From contig CALDZP010000003.1 in assembly GCA_937944105.1 (NCBI GenBank), forward strand, positions 19,163-83,162: DNA of 64,000 nucleotides, written 5' to 3'. Each line of letters starts with the position of its first letter. The stretch's first letter is position 1. The stretch is from an uncultured Ignavibacteria bacterium. GTDB taxonomy: Bacteria; Bacteroidota; Ignavibacteria; Ch128b. This document shows, one piece after another, positions 10,926 through 21,235 of the stretch. The notes beneath the pieces were generated by a model. That model was not told the DNA's origin. It did no database searches and saw only the letters and a list, made by a program, of their open reading frames with translations. The position numbers and the translations under genes are program-made.

Positions 10926-11120
10926 AAAATATTTTGATTGAGTAAAAAATTTGGTAATCGAAGTTATTTTTTCACAATTAAATTTCTATTCACTTTACTA
11001 GATACTCTTAGCAATTAAAAAATTCACATCTCCATTTATTTTAATTGAATTTAATTGGAACTTTTGAATCCAGTAACTTGAAAATCCTGATGAAGTTTCC
11101 TCATTTATCAATAAATTTTT

Positions 11121-12578
11121 TTAATGCTCAATTCTTTTAATTTTAATTATCTTCCCATTGACTATAATATACCTCACATTACTTTCTCTATCTTTCAAGA
11201 TAAAATTTGCAGAGTGTCCAAGTATATTTTTGGATTCCCTTAATGGATATTTTGTTGTGCTTATCATTAAATCAAGTAAAGAATTCTCTTCAATACTCTC
11301 AAAATTTCCTTGATAAATTATGGTTGTATAGCCTTGTTTCATAAGATCATCTGTTTTTAATTTTTTCAATTGAGAATAATCAGTTAATACCTTCTCATAA
11401 ATTTTTCCGATCTCAATCTTTAATTTTTGTGCGTCAAAAGTATCAAAACCTGAAAAAGTAGAAAGATCACCAATGTCAGTTACTGAATATTCTTTAATAT
11501 AACGATTTCTAAGTGAATCGAATTTCTCAGAATATGAGATCCCCAGATCAACTAAATATTCCACTGAATCTTTTTCAATGATTACATTTTTCACCAGTAA
11601 ATCGAAAAAGCGTCTTTCATTTTCAGGAATTTCAAAATAAGTATCGATTAATCTGGTTGAGAATAAATTATAAGCAATTGAATAAACTGAACCAATCAAA
11701 GCCAGAAAATTCATTTTGCGAATTTCTTGTTTTTCGAAATCATTAAAGTATCCACCTGATTCAATTAAAATTGTACTGCTTCCCCATTTCTGGAAATTAT
11801 CACCAAAAGCTCTTGGTTCAAACTCATCATCATAACGAGCTACTACACCTGGATAAAATTTTTCAATAATGTCTTTTATTTCTACACAAATTTGAATTGC
11901 CCTTTTTCTTACTTCATTAATGTTCCTTTCGTAATCATAAGCTGGAGCGAGCAAAGCAATTGCAGCAGGTTTACCAGTTTTTCCAACTGAATAATTTGAG
12001 TATTGATCATGAAGATTAAAGGCAAAATCAGGTTGAATGTCATCCCGAATTTTTTTGAGAAATCTTCCTTCAGGAGTTTGAAGTCGCAATGCATCACGAT
12101 TTATATCAATTTCCTGATAGTTTCTTCTCTCGAACTTTTTCGCTCCATCTGGATTTAAAATTGGAATGATATAAAGTGAGATTTTATTTCTTAAACTTTC
12201 AGCAAATTCTTTTTTTTGATTTAAATAATTTATTACATCAAGCAAAGCCAGTGAAGCAGTTGATTCATCACCATGCATTTGAGACCACATCAGAATTTTT
12301 GTTTTTCCATCGCCAAAACGAATTAGTTTTATTTCCTGTTTCTTAAATGATTTTCCTATTAATTCAGAACTAAATATTCCTTTACTTTCTACAATTAATG
12401 AATCTAAAATTTGATGATAAAATTGGATATCGAAACGTTTAGTTTGAATTTGCTTTATTTTGTATCTCGAGTAATTCGAGTAAAGATCAGTGATTAAATC
12501 TTTGAAAGATTTTTCATTTATTTGTGAAAATAAATTAATTCTCATGATTAATAGTGTGAAAATTATTAGTAATTTCAT
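11121..12578 (-). CDS. M14 family zinc carboxypeptidase, exported
   Basis: Signal peptide; MHGDE (HxxE), LNPDG, RRN...DINRD, NLHDQ and LIESGG motifs. Confidence 0.88.
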   Translation of the reverse strand: MKLLIIFTLLIMRINLFSQINEKSFKDLITDLYSNYSRYKIKQIQTKRFDIQFYHQILDSLIVESKGIFSSELIGKSFKKQEIKLIRFGDGKTKILMWSQMHGDESTASLALLDVINYLNQKKEFAESLRNKISLYIIPILNPDGAKKFERRNYQEIDINRDALRLQTPEGRFLKKIRDDIQPDFAFNLHDQYSNYSVGKTGKPAAIALLAPAYDYERNINEVRKRAIQICVEIKDIIEKFYPGVVARYDDEFEPRAFGDNFQKWGSSTILIESGGYFNDFEKQEIRKMNFLALIGSVYSIAYNLFSTRLIDTYFEIPENERRFFDLLVKNVIIEKDSVEYLVDLGISYSEKFDSLRNRYIKEYSVTDIGDLSTFSGFDTFDAQKLKIEIGKIYEKVLTDYSQLKKLKTDDLMKQGYTTIIYQGNFESIEENSLLDLMISTTKYPLRESKNILGHSANFILKDRESNVRYIIVNGKIIKIKRIEH

Positions 12579-12621
12579 TCTATACTTCTATTCAATATTT
12601 TCGTTACAAAATTAATCAATA

Positions 12622-13173
12622 ATGGAGTTTAATATGGCAACAGATAAATTAAAAATTGGAGATAAAGCACCTGATTTCAAGTTAATTGGAGTAGATGATA
12701 GATACTATACACTCGATTCATTTAATGATAAAAAATTACTTTGCATAATCTTCAGCTGTAATCATTGCCCATATGTAAAGGCTTACGAGAATAGAATAAT
12801 TGCAATTCAAAAAGAATTTGAAAATGATTTACAAATTGTTGCAATTAATTCAAATGATGAAATTAACTACCCAGAAGATTCGTTCGAAGAAATGAAAAAA
12901 CGAGCAAAGGAAAAGAGTTTTAATTTTCCATACTTAAGAGATGCTGATCAATCAGTTGCTGAGGCTTATGGTGCAACTCATACCCCAGAGATATTTTTAT
13001 TCGATTCTGAAAGAAGATTACAATATCATGGTAAGATTGATGACAACTGGAATTATCCAAATCAGGTGAAAGAACATTATTTAAGGAATGCAATTAAATC
13101 TTTGCTGGATGGAAAAGAAATAGAAACAAAGGAGACATATTCAATTGGTTGCACGATTAAATGGAAAGTATAG
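12622..13173 (+). CDS. Thioredoxin-fold AhpC/TSA-like protein
   Basis: GDKAPDF, CNHCPYV, INSND...YPEDS, FPYL.D..Q.VA..YGA..TP, C-terminal SIGCTIKW. Confidence 0.9.
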   Translation: MEFNMATDKLKIGDKAPDFKLIGVDDRYYTLDSFNDKKLLCIIFSCNHCPYVKAYENRIIAIQKEFENDLQIVAINSNDEINYPEDSFEEMKKRAKEKSFNFPYLRDADQSVAEAYGATHTPEIFLFDSERRLQYHGKIDDNWNYPNQVKEHYLRNAIKSLLDGKEIETKETYSIGCTIKWKV

Positions 13174-13286
13174 TGAAATCTAATTCATTAAACATTTCGA
13201 TAAAGATTTAATTGAGATTTAAATATCCTTCAAGCTTTTATAGAAAGGGAAAATAATTTTAATTAATTCTTGAATTGTTTCTGATC

Positions 13287-13892
13287 TTAAATTGTAAACC
13301 CGAAGTTTAATGTAATAAAAATTCCGCCGAGATCTTTTCGCTTAAATCCTTCGAGATTTTCAATACCGTTTTTGAAGAAATGAATGAATTGATATTTAAC
13401 AGTAATTCCAATGGGATTTTTTCTATCATAACCAAAATATGCACCTAAACCGACAGAACCACCCAGAGTAAATTTCGCCTGAGCATATTTGAAACTACTG
13501 AAAAATTCATATTTATACGGAGTTGTAATAGCCATAGCTGGACCAATGGAAAATTGAACAAAAGGTCTAAAGTTATCTAAAATATCATCTTTGAAAAGTC
13601 TATACTTCATTCCTAAGTTCAGTGGCATAATAAATACTCTATTTTTCTTTCCAACGACATAAACATTCCCCCAGTAATCATAATATTCAAACTCTTGAGC
13701 ATCTTTTGATTCTGAGAACATCAAATCGCTTGAAAAGGAAAGAGTTGGAGTAATTTCTTTATTGTAAGTTAGACCAATTCCCAGCCCGCCTTCAGAGAAA
13801 TGCAAATCAAAATACATATTTGTGTACAATCTTTCTTGAGCGTGTAAAGAAAAAAAGCTCAAGAGAATTAGAATAAAAATTAAACTTTTCAT
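13287..13892 (-). CDS. Hypothetical exported protein, probable small outer-membrane beta-barrel
   Basis: Signal peptide; alternating aromatic/Gly beta-strands; C-terminal strand GGIFITLNFGF. Confidence 0.6.
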   Translation of the reverse strand: MKSLIFILILLSFFSLHAQERLYTNMYFDLHFSEGGLGIGLTYNKEITPTLSFSSDLMFSESKDAQEFEYYDYWGNVYVVGKKNRVFIMPLNLGMKYRLFKDDILDNFRPFVQFSIGPAMAITTPYKYEFFSSFKYAQAKFTLGGSVGLGAYFGYDRKNPIGITVKYQFIHFFKNGIENLEGFKRKDLGGIFITLNFGFTI

Positions 13893-13973
13893 GATTAATT
13901 AACCTTTAGAATTTTGATTATCTCAAATCGAAAATACACAAAGATATATTTAACAACACATCTCAAACATAAG

Positions 13974-15155
13974 TTAATTAGTCACTCTCAGCAACATAAA
14001 TTTTAAGTATCGTGTTTCTGGCATTCTTGGATGAACAGGATGATCAATGGCTGGTCCACCGATTTTCAAAATTTGATACTGCCGCCCTGCTTTCAATGCC
14101 GCAGTTAAAACAATTTCCTGGAAATCACTCTCACTCATATGATGAGAACATGAAGATGTTAAAATGTATCCCCCCGTTTTAATCATGTGAAATGCATGAT
14201 TGTTTATAACATAATAACCTTTCTTTGCCTGAGGAACATTCTTTTTTGTTTTTGTAAAAGATGGTGGATCGAGATTAATAACATCAAATTTTTTATTTTC
14301 TTTTTTAAGCATCTTCAGGTAATCAAATGCATCATCTTTAACAAATTCAATTTTATCCAGATCAAAACCATTTAATTCAACATTTTCCTTAAACCTTTGA
14401 AGCGACTCCTGTGAAATATCAATTGAAGTAACTTTTTTTGCCCCACCGAGTAAAGCAGAAAGAGAGAAACCACCTTCGTTACAAAATACATCGAGCACTT
14501 CAGCATCTTTTGAAATATCAATTAAGAGATGCCGATTTTCAGTTTGATCAAGATAAATTCCAGTTTTCTGTCCTTTGAGTAAATTAACTTTCATTTTTAA
14601 TTTGCCATCAAAAATTATCTCCTCTACTTCTTCTCCAAACAAAACTTTAGTAAATCTTGGAAGTCCCTCGAGTTCTCTGGCAGTTGTATCATTTCTAAGT
14701 ATAATATTTTTAGCGTTATAATCCCTGACAAGTAAACTTGTTATTATATCAAGATAGTTTTCCATTCCTGCTGAATTTAGCTGTATTGAGAAACTGTCAT
14801 TGTACTTATCAATAACAAGTCCAGGGAGAAAATCACTTTCGCTATGCACCAACCTGTAGGCTGTTCTATTTTTACAAAGATTTTCTCTAATTTCATAAGC
14901 TGCTTTTAATCTCTTAGAGAAAAATTCCCTATCAATTGGCTCTTTCTTTTTTGTGAGCAATCGAACTACAATTAAAGAATTAGGATTATAAAAACCAGTT
15001 CCAAAAAATTCATTTTTTGAATCTACCAGATTAACCAAACAACCAACTGGCAAAGAAGTATTAACTTTTTCAAGTTCATTACTATAAACCCACAGATGAC
15101 CTGCTTTGACTCTCTTCTCATGTCCCTTTTTCAACTTAAGTACTGGATACTCCAT
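13974..15155 (-). CDS. rlmI: PUA-domain class I SAM-dependent rRNA m5C methyltransferase (RlmI family)
   Basis: GHLWVYSNE, RLVHSESDFLPGLVID, GQKTG.YLDQ, LDVFC..GGF, LDPPSF, SSCS, YLK. Confidence 0.88.
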   Translation of the reverse strand: MEYPVLKLKKGHEKRVKAGHLWVYSNELEKVNTSLPVGCLVNLVDSKNEFFGTGFYNPNSLIVVRLLTKKKEPIDREFFSKRLKAAYEIRENLCKNRTAYRLVHSESDFLPGLVIDKYNDSFSIQLNSAGMENYLDIITSLLVRDYNAKNIILRNDTTARELEGLPRFTKVLFGEEVEEIIFDGKLKMKVNLLKGQKTGIYLDQTENRHLLIDISKDAEVLDVFCNEGGFSLSALLGGAKKVTSIDISQESLQRFKENVELNGFDLDKIEFVKDDAFDYLKMLKKENKKFDVINLDPPSFTKTKKNVPQAKKGYYVINNHAFHMIKTGGYILTSSCSHHMSESDFQEIVLTAALKAGRQYQILKIGGPAIDHPVHPRMPETRYLKFMLLRVTN

Positions 15156-15298
15156 AATTCCTGCTCTCCTTTTGTTATTATGGATAGAGTTTAATAGATT
15201 TTACAGAACGAAAAATCTGAATCGTTCTATTAACTGGAATAATCGGTATCTTACAGGTAAGAATACCTGGGATACAGGAAAAATTTATCCAGTTTTTA

Positions 15299-15306
15299 CA
15301 AAATTA
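15299..15306 (-). promoter_or_regulatory. -7 element (TAATTTTG) of the rlmI-like gene
   Basis: Exact TAnnTTTG match immediately upstream of the structured leader. Confidence 0.5.
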
Positions 15307-15356
15307 ATTAATCTAAAATTCTTTAAGAAAATAAATTAAAAGGAGGTAAATATCTA

Positions 15357-15869
15357 ATGCCTGTAAATCTTGAAATTAAAGTTCCTGTCAAAAACCTTAA
15401 AAAATTAAAAATTTTAGTAGAAAAAGAAGGCGGGGAGTTGATTTATTCATCAAAACAAATTGATGTTTATTACAAACTAAACAACGGAAGATTAAAAGTC
15501 AGGGATTCATCTAAAGGAGAAAAATCTGTAATTTTCTATAGAAGAGTTGAAGATGGTTCTGAAAGATGGTCAAATTTTGAAGTAATTCCAGTTACTAATC
15601 CCAAAAACTGGATTAAATTTTTTGATAATTTTCTTGAAAGATTGGTGGTCGTTGATAAACATAGAACTCTTTATCACTTAAAAAATACTCGAATTCATTT
15701 CGATAAAGTTAAAGGATTAGGAAACTTTGTTGAACTTGAAACTAAAGTTGTCAATGGAAAATTAAAAGCTAAGAAAGAGTTTCAACAGATAATGAAATTA
15801 CTGAATTTAAATCACGATGAACAGATATTAAATTCTTATTCTGATTTACTTTTAATGAAAGGTCAATAA
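15357..15869 (+). CDS. cyaB: CYTH-domain protein (class IV adenylate cyclase CyaB-like)
   Basis: NLEIK (ExExK-like), QIDVYY, RLKVR, K.R..Y, IHFD.V.GLG.F.ELE, SY; AGGAGG RBS at 15341. Confidence 0.82.
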   Translation: MPVNLEIKVPVKNLKKLKILVEKEGGELIYSSKQIDVYYKLNNGRLKVRDSSKGEKSVIFYRRVEDGSERWSNFEVIPVTNPKNWIKFFDNFLERLVVVDKHRTLYHLKNTRIHFDKVKGLGNFVELETKVVNGKLKAKKEFQQIMKLLNLNHDEQILNSYSDLLLMKGQ

Positions 15870-18800
15870 ATGTATATTTACTCGAAAAGTTATGATCCTG
15901 ATTTAAATCCATTTTCAACGATAAATAATAGAATAAATAATGAAGATTACTTCTCTTTCATTTATGTCGTTCCTACAAGAAGAAAGGTTCGATATTTAAT
16001 TCGAGAATTAATTGAACTTTCGCCAAAAAGATTAATACCCGAATTACACTTATTTACAATTGGTGACCTTGCAGAGGAAATCTTTAAAGGAAAGTTTAAA
16101 AGTCTAACAAAAATTTCTTCTTCACTTCAATTTTTCTTAATTAAAAAACTTTTGAAGGAAATTGAATTAAAATATTTTTCCACAAAAGAGAAATACATTT
16201 CCAATGGATTGGTTGATTTAATTATCGCAGTTATTACAAGATTAAAAGAAATTGGAGTTTCAAATGTCGCATTTAAAAAAGAAATAGAACAGCTTCAAGG
16301 ATATAACCGACTCAAAGCTGAAGATATAAGCAATATATACGACTCTTACCAATTACTTTTACAAGAACTTAAACTTTACGAAACTGGCGATATTTACCTG
16401 AACATTAATCAATTTAATAACGACGAGATAGGTCAAATTTTCAGGGGCGTTTTTCCCGATGTAAACTATTTATTAATAACTGGATTTAATGAATTTACTC
16501 GACCCGAATTAATGTTAATAGGCTCTCTCTCTAAAGTCAAAAATCTTGAAATGATCATCACATTAGATTTTAATGAAGATAACAAAGAAATTTTCGGTAA
16601 CTTATTTGAAACTCACCAGCATTTAGTTGCAACTGGCTTTAATTTTTACACTACCGATAACTTCGAAAAAAAAGGAGAATTTCATCAACACATTAAAAAG
16701 AATTTATTTAAATCATCAAATGAAAATAAAATTGAGACAAAAAATATTTTTAAGTTTACAGGTTTAGACGCAAGAGACGAAATTGAAACAATTGCTAAAA
16801 TTATAAAACTCAAAGTGATTGAAAATCCAGAATTTGATTTGAGTAGAGTATGCATTGCTATAAAAGGTATTAAGGAATACGCTAATCTTATAAGAGAAAT
16901 TTTTTATAAATATGGAATTCCTGTAAATGTAACAGATCGTTATTATCTTAAAAATTCAGCACCTATAATCTCAATAATCAGATTACTCGATCTAATTCGA
17001 AAAGACTTTTTTTATGAAGATCTATTTTATGTTTTACGCTCTCCATATTTTGATTTTTCTTTCATTGATATAAAAAATCTCAGAAAATGCCTGGAGCTTA
17101 TAAAAATAACTCAAGGTAAAGAAAGAATCTTAAAATCAATAGATTCACGAGTAAATTATCTAATGAATATTGATGTTGAAGAAAAAGAAAATAGAGACAT
17201 TGAAATTCAGCAACTTTTAAGAGCAAAAGAAGATTTTGAATTACTTTTCAAGTTAATTGAACCACTCTCCGACAACCAAAGTCCAAAGGACTTTATTCAA
17301 AAATTAAATTCTATAATTCATCAACTAAGAGTGTATGAGAAAATTTTTGAAACACAGTTGCCATTGGACGAAGAAATTAATTTAATTACCTATTCAAAAG
17401 ATATTCGTTCATTAAATTTATTTGAATCCATACTCGAAGAACTCGATTACACATTTGAAAAACTCAATCTCCAGAATCAACTATTATCATTTGATCGATA
17501 TTATGATTTTATCACAACTGCAATATTTGGTACGAGGTATAACATTAAAGAACGATGGGGGTATGGCGTTCTGGTAACTTCTCCCGAAGAAATTAGAGGA
17601 CTTTCATTTTCAATTTTATTTCTTCCTGGACTTGAAAACGGATTATTTCCATCTCGTTACATCCCTTTAATTTTTCTTGAAGATAAATTCATAAGAAATG
17701 AACAGCAAAAATTGCTTGAGGATCGATATTTATTTTACCAGTGCCTTAATGCGTTTGAAAACGAACTCTATTTATCCTATCCCCGACAGGATGAAAAAAA
17801 AGAAAAAATAGTTTCCGATTTTTTAGTAGAACTCGAAAAACTATGTACAATTAAAGAATTGAACAGATCGGAACTTGATAGGTTTATTTTTTCTGAATCA
17901 GAATTATTTGAAAAATATTCTGTAAATGATCTTCTAGATTTATCACGTGAACGAAGAGAATTATTTGCAAAAATCTCGAGAGTTCAGGAAACCATTTTGC
18001 GCATCAAAAAAAGAATCGAAAATCAATTAAATGAAGAAGGAAACGAATATTGTGGAATTATCACCGACCCAATTTTATTAGAAAAACTTTATCTAAATTT
18101 CTCTAACAAATACTTTTCAATCACTGAACTTGAGACATACGCACAATGCCCCTTCAAATATTTTCTAAATTATATTATTCAACCGGAATTTGAAGAAAAA
18201 ATCGAAGAAGATATTCAAAGAAATGAGTTTGGGATAATAATACATCAAATTCTTTTTAGATTCTTGCAAAAATTAAAAACAGAAAACCGTAATTTTTATG
18301 AAGAATTGAAAAATAATCGTGAAAGATTATCTCAGGAACTTAAAGAGATTGCCCGAGACATTATCAAAATTTACGAGAGATTAAATCCATTCTTTTTCTT
18401 AACTGAAGAAATTATTTTAGGTGCAAGTAAAATTCCGTCAATTCTCGATCAATTTATTGAGCTTGAATTCAATCAAATAGATTCATCAAATAAACTTCTA
18501 CCTTCTTATTTTGAATTACCCATTGAAAAGGAAATTTCAGATCAAGAATTTGAATTAAGATTGAGAGGGAAAATAGACAGAATTGATATTGATAATACCA
18601 ACAATCAATTCAAAGTAATCGATTACAAAACAGGTGAGCCCCCTTCAAAAAGAGATTATGATGATAATATTTCGTTTCAATTACCCTTATATCTCATACT
18701 TGTTAGTTCACATTTAAAATCAATCAACGACAAACTCGAAATCCGAGATGCAGAGTTCATTAAACTTGCTCCAAAGAAAAAAGACAATGTAAAAAGAATT

Positions 18801-19022
18801 TCATTTCTAGAAAATTTTATTCAAGGAAGAGATATAAACTCAGAATTACAGAAAATTTTGAAAATAATTGCAGAATTAATTATAAAAATTAAAAATGGGA
18901 AGTTTAATCTTACTACAATTCAAAATTACGAGCAGAGAATTTGCAAACGATGTAACTATCAAAACATTTGTCGAATTGATATAATCAGGAAGGAAGCTAT
19001 AAATTCAACTGCTATTTCCTGA
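15870..19022 (+). CDS. AddB/RexB-like PD-(D/E)XK nuclease with inactive helicase-like region and Fe-S staple
   Basis: RGLSF..LFL.GL..G.FP; 'FSITELETYAQCPFKYF'; GKIDRID...VIDYKTG; QLPLY; C-terminal CKRCNYQNIC. Confidence 0.85.
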   Translation: MYIYSKSYDPDLNPFSTINNRINNEDYFSFIYVVPTRRKVRYLIRELIELSPKRLIPELHLFTIGDLAEEIFKGKFKSLTKISSSLQFFLIKKLLKEIELKYFSTKEKYISNGLVDLIIAVITRLKEIGVSNVAFKKEIEQLQGYNRLKAEDISNIYDSYQLLLQELKLYETGDIYLNINQFNNDEIGQIFRGVFPDVNYLLITGFNEFTRPELMLIGSLSKVKNLEMIITLDFNEDNKEIFGNLFETHQHLVATGFNFYTTDNFEKKGEFHQHIKKNLFKSSNENKIETKNIFKFTGLDARDEIETIAKIIKLKVIENPEFDLSRVCIAIKGIKEYANLIREIFYKYGIPVNVTDRYYLKNSAPIISIIRLLDLIRKDFFYEDLFYVLRSPYFDFSFIDIKNLRKCLELIKITQGKERILKSIDSRVNYLMNIDVEEKENRDIEIQQLLRAKEDFELLFKLIEPLSDNQSPKDFIQKLNSIIHQLRVYEKIFETQLPLDEEINLITYSKDIRSLNLFESILEELDYTFEKLNLQNQLLSFDRYYDFITTAIFGTRYNIKERWGYGVLVTSPEEIRGLSFSILFLPGLENGLFPSRYIPLIFLEDKFIRNEQQKLLEDRYLFYQCLNAFENELYLSYPRQDEKKEKIVSDFLVELEKLCTIKELNRSELDRFIFSESELFEKYSVNDLLDLSRERRELFAKISRVQETILRIKKRIENQLNEEGNEYCGIITDPILLEKLYLNFSNKYFSITELETYAQCPFKYFLNYIIQPEFEEKIEEDIQRNEFGIIIHQILFRFLQKLKTENRNFYEELKNNRERLSQELKEIARDIIKIYERLNPFFFLTEEIILGASKIPSILDQFIELEFNQIDSSNKLLPSYFELPIEKEISDQEFELRLRGKIDRIDIDNTNNQFKVIDYKTGEPPSKRDYDDNISFQLPLYLILVSSHLKSINDKLEIRDAEFIKLAPKKKDNVKRISFLENFIQGRDINSELQKILKIIAELIIKIKNGKFNLTTIQNYEQRICKRCNYQNICRIDIIRKEAINSTAIS

Positions 19023-19473
19023 CAATTGTCAACATCGTTTTATTTTCTTGCTTAGAAAGAATTACCGAAAGATCCTTCAATCCTTTCCAGTTAAACATAA
19101 CCATATTCCCAAGTTCCGCTTTTGAAAAATTCTTAGAAAATTTTTTCTCAAGAGCATTTAATAAAATTTCAAAAAGTAGATCAGCTTCTTTAGAATTTTC
19201 TTTCCCATTCATTATAACTTTCCCTTTTTGTGAACCATCAACATCAAATAGATAACCAACTTTAATTGAAACCGGGTTAAGATAATCGAAGTAAACAACG
19301 CTTTTGAATTTCAGAATTGTGGTCTCTTCTATCTCTTTATTTTTTAATTTCAAATGGATCGTCTTGTAATCATAATTAAAAGGTTCATCAAGAAATTGCT
19401 CAAGAGAAAATTGAGCCACTAAAGACTGATTAATAAAAAGACAGGTAATTGATATGATTAAAAATCTTAACAT
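19012..19473 (-). CDS. Hypothetical exported protein
   Basis: 153-aa ORF with signal peptide and a GAGG RBS; no recognisable motif. Confidence 0.65.
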   Translation of the reverse strand: MLRFLIISITCLFINQSLVAQFSLEQFLDEPFNYDYKTIHLKLKNKEIEETTILKFKSVVYFDYLNPVSIKVGYLFDVDGSQKGKVIMNGKENSKEADLLFEILLNALEKKFSKNFSKAELGNMVMFNWKGLKDLSVILSKQENKTMLTIVRK

Positions 19474-19560
19474 TTTTTCCTCAATGATTTATAAATTTTA
19501 ATTAGTTAAAAAAATATTTGTTCCTGGAATTTCATTTCTCCTAGCCTGTTAATTTTTTAA

Positions 19561-21225
19561 TTACTTAATCATTTCATATTCTGACAAACTTTTCAACTCT
19601 CTTTTCCCATTAACCAGCAATTGATAAGCTTTCAAACCAAGCATCACTGCAAGTATAAAAAGTAAACTTGAAATGAAAGATAGAACAAAATTATTCGAAA
19701 CAAAATTAGAATAAATTAACATCCCAAGAGCTGTAAGAGTCACACTAAACATAAAAAGCATTGGAATCATTACAAAAAGTCTATTTACTTTAAGATGTGT
19801 AACATAAACAGTTAGAGCCAGTAAAGCCAGTGCTGCAAGAAGTTGATTTGCACTTCCAAATACTGGCCAGATTGACATTGAGTGACCACTAAATGTTAGA
19901 GTAGCTCCAGCCGAAACAGTAACTGCAGTCGAAAAAAACCGATTGTGAAGAATCGACCTCTGACCATTATCATTTTCCCTCTGAATGCTCATTTCAAAAA
20001 ATTCCTGAAACATATATCGAGCAAGTCTTGTAGCAGTATCGAGAGAAGTTAGTGCAAAAGCTGAAACTGCTAAAGCAGAAAAAGTTTGACCTGCTTGAAT
20101 TGAAATACCAAGGAAAGGTATTGAATTTAAAAATTTTGCAACACCGATTGAAAATGCAGCTACCGCCCCCTTTGATTTAAGAATATCTATAAATTCTTCA
20201 TTAACCATTGATGCAACTGCAACCAGAGATAAAACAGCTAACAAACCCTCAATTAACATTCCACCATAGCCTACAATTTTAGCATCGCTTTCTTTATTTA
20301 ACTGCTTAGCAGTTGTTCCACTACCAACAAGTGAATGAAAACCACTAATTGCACCACAAGCAACTGTTACAAATAACGCAGGAAACAAAAATCCAACCTT
20401 TTCCAAACTAAAAGTACTGAAAGCTGGTAGATTGATAGAAGGATTGGTAAAAAATACACCAACCAATCCACCACCAAGTACAGCATAAAGCAAAAATGAA
20501 TTCAAGTAATCCCTGGGTTGAAGCAATATCCATACTGGAGTAACCGATGCAACAAATACATAACCCAGAAGAATAAATTGCCACAAAAACTTGTCTAATT
20601 TAATTGGATATATTATGCCAAAATAAATTGACAAAGCTATTAAAGCTAAACCGATAAGAGTTGCGAATGTGAGTTTTAATTTAAGTCTATATACCATTAA
20701 ACCAAAAATGATAGCAGAAATCATAAACAACATTGAAGATGTAGCTACCGTTGGAATATTTGCAAAAGTATCGGCGACAATAATAGTGAATACAGCAATT
20801 ACAAGAACCAATGTAGCCCAGGCAAAAAGCAAAAACAATCTTTTTCCACCAATGCCTATATAAGTTTCAATTACAAAACCTATTGATTTACTTTTGTGTC
20901 TAACAGATGCAATAATGGATGAAAAATCGTGAACTCCGCCAATAAAAATTGCTCCGAGAATAATCCAGAGATAAACCGGAAACCAGCCAAAACCTGCCGC
21001 AATTATGGGTCCTACAATTGGACCAGCTCCAGCAATAGATGCAAAATGATGACCAAGTAATACAGGTGCTTTAGCAGGAACATAATCCACACCATCGTAA
21101 AGAGTATGAGATGGCGTAATGTTATTATCGTTCACGTTGAACTTTTTAACTAAGTAATTGCCATAAAACCTGTATGAAATAATGTAAAGAATTATTGAAA
21201 GCCCGACAAGTTCAATACCACTCAT
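19561..21225 (-). CDS. cstA: Carbon starvation protein A family transporter
   Basis: DGVDYVP, GHHFASIAGAGPIVGP, LLQPRDYL, ACGAISGFH, TSLDTATR, WPVFGSANQLLA. Start moved to the ATG at 21225 after a GGAGG RBS. Confidence 0.95.
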   Translation of the reverse strand: MSGIELVGLSIILYIISYRFYGNYLVKKFNVNDNNITPSHTLYDGVDYVPAKAPVLLGHHFASIAGAGPIVGPIIAAGFGWFPVYLWIILGAIFIGGVHDFSSIIASVRHKSKSIGFVIETYIGIGGKRLFLLFAWATLVLVIAVFTIIVADTFANIPTVATSSMLFMISAIIFGLMVYRLKLKLTFATLIGLALIALSIYFGIIYPIKLDKFLWQFILLGYVFVASVTPVWILLQPRDYLNSFLLYAVLGGGLVGVFFTNPSINLPAFSTFSLEKVGFLFPALFVTVACGAISGFHSLVGSGTTAKQLNKESDAKIVGYGGMLIEGLLAVLSLVAVASMVNEEFIDILKSKGAVAAFSIGVAKFLNSIPFLGISIQAGQTFSALAVSAFALTSLDTATRLARYMFQEFFEMSIQRENDNGQRSILHNRFFSTAVTVSAGATLTFSGHSMSIWPVFGSANQLLAALALLALTVYVTHLKVNRLFVMIPMLFMFSVTLTALGMLIYSNFVSNNFVLSFISSLLFILAVMLGLKAYQLLVNGKRELKSLSEYEMIK

Positions 21226-21235
21226 ATTACCTCCA

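Noticed and set aside
15186-15322. Possible 6S RNA (outer pairing AGAGTTT-AA-TAGATT with AATCTA-AAATTCT closing the hairpins)
   Set aside because: The closing stem is short and AU-rich, the total length is below typical 6S RNA, and it overlaps a promoter motif. It cannot be supported without a covariance-model search.
15106-15339. 77-aa + strand ORF across the rlmI/cyaB gap
   Set aside because: TTG start inside rlmI on the opposite strand and no motif; the region is better explained by promoters and a structured leader.
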